DNA of 28,499 nucleotides from Octopus sinensis (taxonomy: Eukaryota). The position numbers were made by a program, and so were the translations under genes. Under the pieces are notes generated by a model that did not search any database, was not told where the DNA came from, and saw nothing but the letters and a program-made list of their open reading frames with translations. Location of the stretch: the NCBI RefSeq assembly GCF_006345805.1, contig NW_021833492.1, forward strand, positions 1-28,499, in the 5' to 3' direction. Positions 12,149 through 23,103 of this stretch are shown piece after piece. Every line of letters begins with the position of its first letter. The first letter of the stretch is position 1.

Positions 12149-12974
12149 GTTTGCATATGTGTATTTATACATAATGTACGTGAAATCGAATTCTGTTTAA
12201 TGTTTTTCTGGGTGTCATTAAATGTATCATTAAAACAGTACACCCGAAAGTCGAAAAAATGCATCGTAATTATAGTAAAAAAGAACATTACCGACGCTTT
12301 CTCTCTTCTCTCTCTATGTTTATATGTGTATGTGTATATAGGTATACGCACACATCTACACATTTTCTACACATGTGTGTGTTAGTGTCTGTGTATGAGC
12401 GCATTTGTGATCTAGTTAATATCGACACATTGTTGATAGACAGATAGAAATGTATGGTGCTAGTTAGCCCGTAACTGAAAGCCACTATTAAAACAGGTGA
12501 AGGGAAATTGTTACAACGTATCAAAAACATAAAGCTATTTCTATATCTATAACATTGTTGTACCTTAACTGTATCTTTCCATAATATTATCTATTGCTAT
12601 ATTAATATTCATTTCAAAATCGTATGAACTCTAAATGTATAGCTATATATTTATATATATCATTTCATATTTTGAAAAGAAATGGTATAGAATTATAATG
12701 GGATATGTCTTACCTATTTCCGAACATGTTTCTGAATATAGTATGTTTTGATTTTGTTGGAAAATCTCCAAGCGTATCTCATTAATTCAGCTTTTCATGT
12801 TCCATTGACGTATTATGCAGCCTACAATTGTGAATGACAGTGACGTCTGCAAGTATAAGTTTTTAATAATGCGCATAACTAACCATGTCACTAGTAGATG
12901 GTCAATAAGCACCATTTTAAATCACTGCATTATGATAAGAACCAAACAGAAATTTATGAAACTTGAAGTAAATC

Positions 12975-13205
12975 ATCAGATATTGTTGATTTCCCTGTAG
13001 TGATCCTTGCTCTTTTCATGTTGACATAGGAAATTGGAGATGATTGCACATATTTGTCCAATTAGTATGTTATAATCTTCATTGAAGTCTCCAGCATGAA
13101 TATTGTTGAAGTTCTCGTTGAGGTCAAAATCGGTTGGAATCCTTATAACTAATTATGAAAGGCATTCTATTCACGAACGCCTCAACCTGTTCTTGGGCAT
13201 AAGAC
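12975..13205 (-). mobile_element. Decayed LINE apurinic-like endonuclease fragment
   Basis: Manual translation gives YAQEQVEAFVNRM... and then IPTDFDLNENFNNIHAGDFNEDYNILIG. GDFN is the conserved APE-type motif; frameshifts and stops are present. Confidence 0.45.
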
Positions 13206-13285
13206 TATCTTGGCTATGGAGAGATATTTTGCCCTGGTCGAACGACTACGTAGAGGTTCACCAAGATCGATTTTCAAGTAGTGCG

Positions 13286-13292
13286 TACATAC

Positions 13293-13363
<71 letters not shown>

Positions 13364-13379
13364 TATATATATATATATA
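13286..13379. repeat. (TA)n(TG)n(TA)n microsatellite
   Basis: Read directly. Confidence 0.95.
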
Positions 13380-13475
13380 CCGGAGTAAACACATAAATGT
13401 GAAACAAGGTAGAAAAAAGAGTACTCAAATACCAGGGGTAGAGTAATATACTTCATTTAAAAGCAGCAGAAATTC

Positions 13476-13525
13476 AACAAAACCTGTTACCCGGAGTTTC
13501 ACGTTCCCGTTCGTCGGACAGTTTT
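13476..13525 (-). ncRNA. Type I hammerhead ribozyme (mirror copy)
   Basis: The reverse complement reads aaaacugu-CCGACGA-acg ggaa cgu-GAAA-cuccggg-UA/acag g uuuu; predicted cut between 13488 and 13487. Confidence 0.7.
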
Positions 13526-13530
13526 TTTTT

Positions 13531-13583
13531 AACAAAACTGTCCGACGAACGGGAACGTGAAACTCCGAGTAACAGGTTTTGTT
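13531..13583 (+). ncRNA. Type I hammerhead ribozyme (U4C core variant)
   Basis: aacaaaacugu-CCGACGA-acg(GGAA)cgu-GAAA-cuccgag-UA/acag(g)uuuuguu. All three stems pair: stem I has 11 bp with one bulge and loop II is GNRA. Predicted cut after A13571. Confidence 0.75.
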
Positions 13584-13621
13584 GAATTTCTGCTGCTTTT
13601 AAATGAAGTATATATATATAT

Positions 13622-13822
13622 AGGGAGAGTTTACGGAATAAAAACAAAGGACGAAGACAGGTGGTGTACAAAACAAACAGATGTATTAGTATAACGCTCA
13701 AGAATAGAAAAAGTCTTTCACGTTTCGAGCCTACGCTCTTCTACAGAAAGGGACACAGAAAACAAGGAGAGAGACAAGGAGAGAGAAAAATGTGTGTAGT
13801 GGCTAACGATCTATCATGGCTA
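13622..13822 (-). mobile_element. Hammerhead-bearing mini-element ending at (TA)n
   Basis: Contains the HHR-like motif at 13715-13750; the 3' end abuts the TA run at 13609-13622; loosely similar to 17927-18090. Confidence 0.6.
13715..13750 (-). ncRNA. Minimal type I hammerhead-like motif, probably inactive
   Basis: cuuu-CUGUAGA-A-GAGC(GUAG)GCUC-GAAAC-GUG-aaag. Stems are intact, but A6 is changed to U and the triplet GUG is non-cleavable. Confidence 0.55.
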
Positions 13823-13838
13823 TAGATATATAGATATA

Positions 13839-13921
13839 CATATACTTATACATATACATAATACATACATACATACATACATACATACATACATACATAC
13901 ATACATACATACATACATACA
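13839..13921. repeat. (TACA)n microsatellite
   Basis: Read directly. Confidence 0.95.
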
Positions 13922-14099
13922 TTATAGCTGTTGATTAAGCGTGTATAACCATAGATAACTAAATAAAATATATAGCTGTATCATATGAGAACGCCAATGG
14001 ATTTTAACTCCTGCCAGCAACTTTCGGAGCTTGTTACAGATTCGCATTCATGCAAAATTTTTCTGACTTTCACTTCTTGGTTACTTCAGATCATCTGAT

Positions 14100-14425
14100 A
14101 TTCTCCGTGCACTCTCATGTGCATGGATAGACTTGAGCGATTGTAGCGCTATTTCTGGTAGACACTGTATGCGAAGTCGTCCCACAGTTAAAAAGTTTGT
14201 AACTGGTATTTCTACATGGCCTTCTCCAGTTGCTCACCGGCCTGCATGTGACATACGTATGCGGCCACATATGTCACAGACTTGTTGAGGAACTGTAGGG
14301 TTGTCGGAATTGTCTTTCATGCTGATCTCTTTATGCGTGACTATTCGTTTACATTTTTTCTTGAATGTGCTCACTCCGTCATACACTCTTTGTTTCCATA
14401 TTTTCCCTGTTACGTGATATGTCTT
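14100..14425 (-). mobile_element. Decayed LINE ORF C-terminus with zinc-finger-like motifs
   Basis: The ORF 14234..14620 tail reads WKQRVYDGVSTFKKK...CDICGRIRMSHAG, resembling RTE-clade C-termini; a frameshifted SSLSMHMRVH follows. Confidence 0.5.
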
Positions 14426-14486
14426 CCCATTCCTATTCTGAAATTCTGAAAGACACAGCATACAGCATACAAAAGAGCAAAAGTTA

Positions 14487-14816
14487 AAAGACACCCTTCG
14501 GTCATGAATGACGATGGGATTGCACCTAGAGGGTTTCCCTCCGAGGCACAAGTCCGGGCAAGATTGTTTATGGACGACCAGCAGTCGCCCATGCACACCA
14601 GCCTCCCCTCTCCATGCCACCTATGTTATCCGAGTGGAAAGCAAAGGCCGATACTTTTGGCACCAGTGACATTGCAACTCATTTCGACAGCTGAGTGAAC
14701 TGGAGCAACGTGAAATAAAGTTCTTGCTCAAGAACACTACACACAACTCGGTTCCGGTATCGAACTCTCTACCTCATGATAACGAGTCCAGCGCTCTAAC
14801 CACTGAGCCATGCACC
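14487..14816 (-). mobile_element. tRNA-derived SINE (family D) with a CORE-like central segment
   Basis: The reverse complement begins ggtgcatggctcagtggttagagcgc (A-box) ... gagttcgataccgg (B-box), then 'gttcttgagcaagaac...ccagttcactcagctgtcgaaatgag'. Confidence 0.85.
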
Positions 14817-17054
14817 ATGCATGATAATCTACTATCCTATCCGTGTAAATGCTTATCATTCATCCATATATTCCTGCAGAGAGTGTCGCTAACCTCTAAT
14901 CGTCGAATTCTTGTGTCTTATAAAATGACAAACATAATCAATAAGAATTTTAAGGATGTATTATTCTATTTAGAATCACATTTGGTCGATCATTTATAAA
15001 CACAACTAAATACTCCTCATATTACAACTTGCCACATTTAAAAAGGATGTATACATTGGATGATGTAGTCCTAAATACATCAAGTCGGAATCAAAGACCA
15101 TTTGATACGGTTGGAATGACTTAAGTCAGGACCCTGGTCAACTGAAGCCGCTCTGGGGTTAAACCACTACAGCAACATGCTTAGTTTGATTTTGATTTTG
15201 ATTTTGATATCTAGGCTTTAAGAATCCTTAAGTTAAGCTACGTTAATAATTCTTCTTCGGGATTTTACTTCTTTCATTTCAGCAATTACCCATTATTTTC
15301 TCGAATAAACTCCCATTTACATCCTTCCCCTTCGATTGATTTCATTATGTTGATTGAAAGGAAAATACTAGAGAAAAAGACGTATCACTTCTTAACATTC
15401 ACTTTTTTCTTTATCATTATTATACCTCACCGTTTTAAAATCAGAAATTTTGTCGCTTTTATATTCACCCTAAGAGCAAGGTTTAATTCAGAGGCTTTTT
15501 TCTTTTCTTTTTGTAATCTAAGCAATCAAAAACCTGATTGACTATTATTACAATATTTCTTTTTTCACTTTTCATTTTTCGTTTACGAACACGAATTTAA
15601 CCCAAATGCCCACATACATACACACATATATGTGTGCACATTATTGCACTTATTTCTTCAATCGTTTCTGCACATCGCACTTCATTAAATTGTCTCCACG
15701 TGACAAGATAATTTTCGTTACAACCATGTGGACTATCGATCATGCTGTGATCCTTTCATTTCTTCTTTTCTTTTTTTATTCTCTCTTTCTTTCATTCTTT
15801 TATTCAGTTTTCTACTTCAATTTTACTGCCTTGTTCTATTTTTAAAAAATGAAGTTCTTTTATTCTTTCTCCGCTATTTTTGAATCATTATTTTTATAAA
15901 AAGGTGACCGAAAGCAAAATAGATAGAGAGGGAGAGGTGAAGAAATTGTGCTTTTAAATTATTTTACTTCCGGTTGAGATGATTTCAATTTCAAATCTGT
16001 TTTTCTTTGTTTTCTTTTAAGTGAATACCCCTACTTCACAAGCCTTTGGGCGATTTGGAAGTTTGATGGAAACCATCCTTAGCTTTGGACTTGAAATAAA
16101 ATATAAATCAACATGAAATCAATGATTCACGTTTTTCATGAATTCATAGAAGCTCATTATTTTATATCGCATATCACCTTAAACAAAGAGGTTGACCTCT
16201 ACAGCTACGCCATAACGGTAAAAAAAAAGATACAAATTTTAGAAAAATATTAATTCTATTTGATCAGCTGTCCTTGAAGAGTAACTCTCTCAGATATTAA
16301 CTGAATATTATGAACTAGTAACCTGTATTTTATTTTTACTGTATTATGTATACCGTTACAAAATATGATGCGTAGCCAAAGTAAGACCTCGGCGAACCAG
16401 TTCAACAACAGCGTATATCGTTTCTATTCATAGATGTTTCATTTCACTTGCGTAACTAAACGCATTCTGGATTAAAATTTATCACTTCACTTATTACCAA
16501 ATAGCTTTCCTTTCGCGGAAATCAATTGAATATTTATACCTACTTAAAAAATCATTGTTGAAAAATGCCTTGGGTTAATTCCAATTTTACAACCAGATTT
16601 TAATTCGTTATGGGAGTAACATGCCCTAGCATTGTTTACTCTGTTGGGAAGGGATGAATGTGATATCCTCCTCACATGAATGTGAGACCCTCAGGTTATA
16701 AATCTGTGAGGTTCCGTATCTAGCTAACATATCTTATTGCAAAAGGTCAGGTTAATAAATTTCTAACAATTTTAGAGTAGACAAAATGAAAATATTAAAT
16801 ATTGTCTAGTAATGTCAACATAGACTATAGTAAATATCCAAAAATGTAAGTTTATATTTCAAAATAGTGAAGTAGATAAGTTAAGTAAGTGTTATACACA
16901 TTAAAACAAAGAATATATATATACGTATATCTATAATGGCGGTTCCTTTAGCAGCTATGGAGACGAGAACTTTTGCCTGAAACGTCTATCATCTGACACA
17001 TAATCCGAACTTCTGATTTAAAATTTCAAAAAATGTACTTTAAGTGGTCAACAT

Positions 17055-17451
17055 TCTTTTCTACTCTAGGCACAAGGCCCGAAATTTGGGGGGAGGGAGC
17101 CAGTCGATTAGATTAACCCCAGTACGTAACTAGTATTTAATTTATCGACGCCAAAAGGATGAAAAGCAAAGTCGATCTCTGCAGAATTTTGAACTCAGAA
17201 CGTAGACAAACGAAATACATATTTCTTTACTACACACAAGGGGCTAAACACAGAGAGGACAAACAAGGACAGACAAACGGATAAAGTCGATTATATCGAC
17301 CCAGTGCGTAACTGGTACTTATTTAATCGACCGCGAAAGGATAAAAGGCATAGTCGACCTCGGCGGAATTTGAACTCAGAACGTAGCGGCAGACGGAATA
17401 CCACTAAGCATTTCACCCGGCGTGCTAACGTTTCTGCCAGCTCGAGGCCTT
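17055..17451 (-). mobile_element. SINE family B chimeric dimer (second unit has the alternative tail)
   Basis: Head at 17451, junction 'aagaaatatgtatttcg' near 17212-17228, imperfect TSD taagtggtcaacatt (17041) and taagtagtcaaacatt (17454). Confidence 0.85.
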
Positions 17452-17785
17452 TGTAAGTAGTCAAACATTTTTATTTGAACATTCTGATAGAAATGCGTAT
17501 AAAAAAAACAAGACTAAGTAATATTAATTGTTGGAATAATAGTTTTACCCTTTGATTGCAGTTTTTCAATCAACGGTACTTATTGGTCCGTTGATATATG
17601 CGAGATTTTGAGAAAGAAGAAGATACTTAAGCTTATCCACTTAATATACTGAGTAATTTGTCTTCAAGGCTTCAATTCAGCTGTCTATGAATGTATATAG
17701 ACACACGGTCACGTACACGCGCGCGCGAGTGCCCACACACACACACTTATACATGTGTATCCGTGTGTGTGTGCGTGTGTATATA

Positions 17786-17871
17786 TTTCTTCCCTTCTTT
17801 CCTGAGCGTCCAATAATACTTTATTTGTTCCACGTCCTTGCGTTGTTGTCTTTTTCTTTTCTTGTTTGGAT

Positions 17872-17876
<5 letters not shown>
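17786..17876 (+). mobile_element. 5'-truncated copy of the 17927-18090 element family
   Basis: 'cctgagcgtccaataatacttt...ccacgtccttgcgttgttg' matches the reverse complement of 17985-18032; it ends in (TA)n. Confidence 0.7.
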
Positions 17877-17914
<38 letters not shown>

Positions 17915-17926
17915 TACATATATATA

Positions 17927-18090
17927 TAATTAATTCCCCCACCAAAAAAAAAACGGAAAAAAAAAGGACAACAAGAAATAAATAACAACGCGAGGACGTG
18001 ATACGTGCAAAGTATTAATAAGGCATTCAGGGAAGGAAAGAAAGGTGTTTTACGTTTCGAGCAAAGCTCTTCTTCAGAAACAAGAGGCAG
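17927..18090 (-). mobile_element. Hammerhead-headed mini-element ending at (TA)n
   Basis: HHR at 18046-18082, followed by about 120 nt and then the TA tract. Confidence 0.7.
18046..18082 (-). ncRNA. Minimal type I hammerhead ribozyme with an intact core
   Basis: uguuu-CUGAAGA-A-GAGC(UUU)GCUC-GAAAC-GUA/aaaca: 5-bp stem I, 4-bp stem II and palindromic ACGU stem III (dimer-type); predicted cut between 18051 and 18050. Confidence 0.8.
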
Positions 18091-18804
18091 AATAAAGACC
18101 AAAAGAAAAGGAAGACAGAGGAAGAAAATTGCCAACAATTCATATGCTACCAGCTCGGGCAAATAAAGATATTTATTATAGTCGGACCATGCAAAACCGA
18201 ACTTACTGAGCAAACCGATGTACTTCAATAATCCCTCAGCTACAGGAGTAACTTCGCTATCTTATTGTCAACAAATCTAAATCCACGAAGTTCATGATAG
18301 CAGTTTTTTTGTAAGATTTTTTAATATCATTACTATATTCTGTAAATTTTACCGAGTGCGCGGGAAAATTTTGTAATAAAACCTATTTCAGGTTTCTTGG
18401 GAAACTGTTTATAAAACTCATTCAAACTTCTAAATAATCCAGTCTCATTTCAAGCGGTTTAGGTATTTCTTTGCAATAAGTAAAGTCCCTTTGGCTGTGA
18501 CAAAGAAGTTTCGCCTCTCTTGCTAGACCTGCTATTATTTTAAATTCCGGCATTAGATAGTTCTTTTAGCAGGTGTCTACTTTGACAAATTATTTATATC
18601 TTCTTCTATGGCAATCTTCTCAGATATTACAGAGTTCATTCACATACACTTCTACTATTTACCACATGTACACTTCCATCTGAAGATGGAATATCGGAAA
18701 AGATATAAACACCAGTATGGAAACGGTATGGAAATCAGGTTGTCTTACTTATACCAAATCAAAATACTCGCAAATATTTTTCTTACAGCAGTTAATCTTT
18801 TCCT

Positions 18805-19029
18805 TGAGCTGGCTGAAACGTTAGCACGCCGGGCGAAATGCGTAGCCGTATTTCGTCTACCGTTACGTTCTGAGTTCAAATTCCGCCGAGGTCGACTTTG
18901 CCTTTCATCCTTTCGGGGTCGATAAATTAAGTACCAGTTACGCACTGGGGTCGATGTAATCGACTTAATCCGTTTGTCTGTCCTTGTTTGTCCCCTCCGT
19001 GTTTAGCCCCTTGTGGGTAGTAAATAAAT
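18805..19029 (+). mobile_element. SINE family B monomer with a 15-bp TSD
   Basis: TSD agttaatcttttcct at 18790-18804 and 19030-19044. Confidence 0.95.
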
Positions 19030-19086
19030 AGTTAATCTTTTCCTATTGACACTACAAAAATACCAACAAGTGTTGTAGCTTGGGAG

Positions 19087-19170
19087 TTCTCTCTCTCTCT
19101 TTCTGTTTCACTCTCTCTCTCTTTCTCTTTCTCTCTCTCTTTTTCTCTGTCTCTCTCTCTCTCTTTCTTT

Positions 19171-19203
<33 letters not shown>

Positions 19204-19210
19204 CTCTCTT
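19087..19210. repeat. (CT)n-rich polypyrimidine microsatellite
   Basis: Read directly. Confidence 0.9.
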
Positions 19211-20289
19211 TCTCCGCACCATAAACATGCCGAAGTTCGAGCTTTTCTCTATGTTTGTTCATTGTCAATTACCCGACTGAAATTTTATAAACCTTATGAG
19301 AAGTACAAGAGTTATTTCACATCTAGAATAAACAAGATATGCTATTTTTTTCAAGACTAGTGATATCTTTCTCTTGTGTTGGTAAAGTATATTCATGACA
19401 AATATATCAGAATCGATAGAATTGTTTAATAAGTTTCGTATTTATAAACGTTTACCAACTTGCCTAAAACGATAACTTTATATTAGTCAGTCAGTTGTCG
19501 GCTGATACTCGTTGACGCTACATCGAAAAGGCCAGGGAACAGAAGAAAGATGAAGAAAGAAGACATGCACCCAACACCAGAGCTGAAGACACCTCCGAAA
19601 GGGGGGGGCCCACCACGTCAAAACGGTTAAGGAGTAGGGGCAGAAACCGGACGTGGTTCCCCCTGATGATATCTTGAGCTAACTGGATCCTATAAAGGAG
19701 ATGTTGTGGTAGCAGATCCCGAAACACGGTTGTAATTCCTCCTTGGAATAAAATGATAAGCTTCGTCTTTCTACATGCATCGGCAATTCCAAATCGTAGT
19801 GGGGTAGTATCTCATAACTTGACTATAATTAATGATATTTTTAGACTCAGAAATACCAAAATGCCAAGAATTCATTCAAATATTATTGACGACTGGACAG
19901 GGTTTTGGTCGTAGAGCAATGTTATACTACAAAAACACTTTGCCATCATAAATTGCATTATGTAATTGTGTTCATTGTCATTTTCATAAGAAACATTTTC
20001 TCGTCAAGCAATGTTTTTTTCTGGCGGACGCAATAGGTCATGAGGAAAGGAAATTATCCAACAATCCCTCTCCGTGTAGATTAAATCGGACACACTGGAA
20101 ACCCCTTCCGTCCATTAAAAGCGAATGACGCAGTGAAGAGAGAAAAGAGCCTTCCCAACAGACACAACGAAAGACGAGCAACAGATGTGAACTCATGATC
20201 TACGTGTTAGCGATCCAATATATTATCCTGCTTGTCCAAGCCTAAACAAGAGAGTAATTATATTACAACACATTCCGGATATACTACGC

Positions 20290-20352
20290 ACTACCACCAC
20301 TACCACCACCACCACCACCACCACCACCACCACCACTACTACTACTACTACT
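20290..20352. repeat. (CAC)n(TAC)n triplet microsatellite
   Basis: Read directly; gives the poly-H and poly-Y ORF. Confidence 0.9.
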
Positions 20353-20899
20353 ACACACATACAGACAACCACACACACACACGCACACGCGCACACATGC
20401 CCACGCACAAGCTCATACATACATTAGTTGCACGTTCGAGAATTTCCACGACAATATGTTTGTGTAAAATACATGAAAACAAAAGTAACGGCATTTGATT
20501 CTCAGGTAATGCCAACTGTATTTAAAAGCTACGGTACAATATTTTAAGGCTTCTTTTTCAATTTACCTCTTACCAAGGAAACTGAATTATGGAAACTTAG
20601 CGTACTTTTATTTGATTTCAGTGTTTCAATAAAGTGATTCACACCTCTTCCAACACATACACGTATATATGTGTATGTGTGTTTGTGTATGTGTGTTTGT
20701 GTACGTGTGTTTGTGTGCGTATGTATGCGTTTCTCTGTGTGTATGAGTGTGTGCTTGTTTTCGTGTGTGTAAGTGTGTGTGTATACATACATGCAAATGT
20801 CTTCGAGCATATGTTAAACGCTACTTTCGTTCTTGGGTATGTAAATACATGCGCTTGTATATAGAAGCATATAAACATACATGCATGCGTGCGTGTGTA

Positions 20900-20908
20900 T
20901 ATATACAT

Positions 20909-20965
<57 letters not shown>

Positions 20966-20999
20966 CAATGTGTATATACCTAAACACACATATTTACAT

Positions 21000-21082
<83 letters not shown>

Positions 21083-21085
21083 TAT
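20900..21085. repeat. (CA)n/(TA)n compound microsatellite
   Basis: Read directly. Confidence 0.93.
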
Positions 21086-21927
21086 ACACACATCCATTCA
21101 TACATGCGCACACATATATTCCGCCAAACACACACACACACACACGCACACACTAACAGGCCTAACATCATGCAAGTATATGACGGCACGTAGATGCAAA
21201 TATATGGACGTAGTTACAAACAGAAATTTACACGTGATCGATACACAGTATTACTCACGCGCACAAATACGCATAATGTGTGTGTCTCTCTCTCACACAC
21301 AGACACAACCACGGGAATTAACACAAACGCACTATACCACTATACACACACAAAGACACGCAGACGCATCGTAAACAGGCAAATACATGTTCTTAGATAC
21401 ACACACACTCACTGACAATCACAAACACACAGACACAATCGCACAAACACATATGCATGTGATTGCTTCAATTTCTAGAAACCTAAAAACGGTTGATTAG
21501 ACTTTAGAACAGAACACATAGCTGTGGGTTATGTATTATATTCAGTTGTAAGCAGAGGGAGGAGTTGGGTAGTAAAAGTTATTTACATGTGTAGGACACC
21601 ATGCTTTGAGTCAGTAAAATCGAACATTCAAATAGATTTCTAGAAACTTCCAGTGACACAATCAACTTTAGAAATCTCTATCGTTATTTATCATTTGTAT
21701 TTTCTATCGGTTTCAGCCATCAATTTAACCATAGCATTTTACTTTTCTAATTTAACAACAGCTTGCCAAGTGCCAAAATAGAACAGTATATTTTCAACAA
21801 GCAGAATTCTGTGCTTAGTTTCAGTTAAGAAGACACTACATACCTCTTCATTGCGAAACATTTTCGGAGAATTATTGAACCACACACCTTTCTAATTCAC
21901 TGTCCACTTTTAGACTGACGTAACCTG

Positions 21928-22158
21928 TTTCTTTATTACCCACAAGGGGCTAAACACAGAGGAGACAAACAAGGACAGACATAGGTATTAAGTCGATTAC
22001 ATAGACCCCAGTGCGTAACTGGTACTTAATTTATCGACCCCGAAAGGATGAAAGGCAAAGTCAACCTCGGCGGAATTTGAACTCAGAACATAGCGGCAGA
22101 CGAAATACCGCTAAGCATTTCGCCCGGCGTGCTAACGTTTCTGCCAGCTCGCCGCCTT
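21928..22158 (-). mobile_element. SINE family B monomer
   Basis: Full head and body; possible short TSD gtaacc at 21920 and 22159. Confidence 0.93.
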
Positions 22159-22204
22159 GTAACCGCTAGTAGACTTGCCCATCTATACTCCTCCCCTCTT
22201 GATA

Positions 22205-22560
22205 GACTAAATCCGTTACCTGGTTGAACACAACTACAGGACCATTAGTTCTCTTCAGGGTAGAACAGTGTGTTGCAAATGCTCGAACAAGATTCCCTGT
22301 CTGAGGACTATTTAACATCTTGATGCAGAATTTCCTGCTGCATTAACCAATAATTCGTCATCGAATTTTTTTTTCGCCCTTACTTATCCTTGGTAGTCTA
22401 TACATGACTTAAGCACTGCCTTTCCTTCCCTGACTAAACTATAAAAAAAATCCCTCGTATTCTAATACATACTATTGTTTGTTAAGTCAAATAACACAAT
22501 GCGAAGAAAGTAAGAGAAGTGGCTGATAGCTTCCTGCAACAGTAACTGAATAAAATGTCT
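22205..22560 (+). mobile_element. Highly decayed LINE reverse transcriptase fragment
   Basis: Manual translation gives TKSVTWLNTTTGPLVLFRVEQCV...*GLFNILMQ and later EESKRSG, resembling the RT 'F-V--GV-QG--LSP-LFNI-M' region; contains stops. Confidence 0.3.
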
Positions 22561-22924
22561 TTCTGCATTCACTTGTATTCACTGTTATACGAAAAAAAAG
22601 GCCACAATCTTTAAACAATTTCAGGCTACACTTTTGCATACTCTGATCAACTTCCATTCCTACATCTACTACAATGGCAGTTGCTGTTCAGAATAGTTTT
22701 CATGTCACCCGCACTAAAATTCCACGAGATACATATTTCTGTCGCATTTACTCGTCAACCGTATTATCTACTCTCATCATCATTCTCCCAACGCAAAATC
22801 TCGACCCGATAGAAATCAATACTAACCAGAGTACTTCAAGCTGACCTCCATTGACAGATGTTGAAACTGATGATCATTCATATCATTGGCACTAATCTCT
22901 GAGTCTTCCTTTTGACTAAACCAT

Positions 22925-23103
22925 GAAAATATACCGTTGTGTCTGGGGAGAGTCATTCTCTTTTGGCGCTCACCGGTAAAATTTCCACTTATTTCTTTTC
23001 TTTTTTTCTAAAATTTTCGTTGCGTCTTGCAACCTTTTCAAGCAAAACGCAACGAAAATATTAGAAAAATAAAAAAGAAATAAGTGGATATTTTACTGGT
23101 GAG
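22925..23103 (-). mobile_element. Mini-element with a fold-back (inverted arms 22969-23025 and 23047-23103)
   Basis: ctcaccggtaaaatttccacttatttc...ttcgttgcgt pairs with acgcaacgaaaat...gaaataagtggatattttactggtgag. Confidence 0.7.
23003..23047 (-). ncRNA. Hammerhead-like motif with a U3:A8 compensatory core
   Basis: uuuugc-UUGAAAA-G-GUUGC(AAGAC)GCAAC-GAAA-AUU-UUA/gaaaaa: 5-bp stem II, palindromic AAAAUUUU stem III and a weak stem I. Confidence 0.5.

Larger units (their letters stand above)
13380..13613 (-). mobile_element. Family X mini-element with an inverted duplication of its hammerhead-bearing 5' end
   Basis: Near-perfect palindrome 13446-13613; the unique tail 13380-13445 is the reverse complement of 25832-25901. 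Confidence 0.85.

Noticed and set aside
16960-17000. GAAACGUC motif
   Set aside because: The upstream core is unrecognisable and stem I does not pair.
18680-18715. CTGAAGA...GAAA
   Set aside because: Stems I, II and III do not form; an alternative local hairpin (ttccatc/gatggaa) dominates.
19515-19680. Charged reading frame YIEKAREQKK...KRLRSRGRNRTWFPLMIS* and a nearby CTGATGA...GAAAC
   Set aside because: May be a transposase relic, but the family cannot be assigned and there are no clear splice sites; the HHR stems do not pair.
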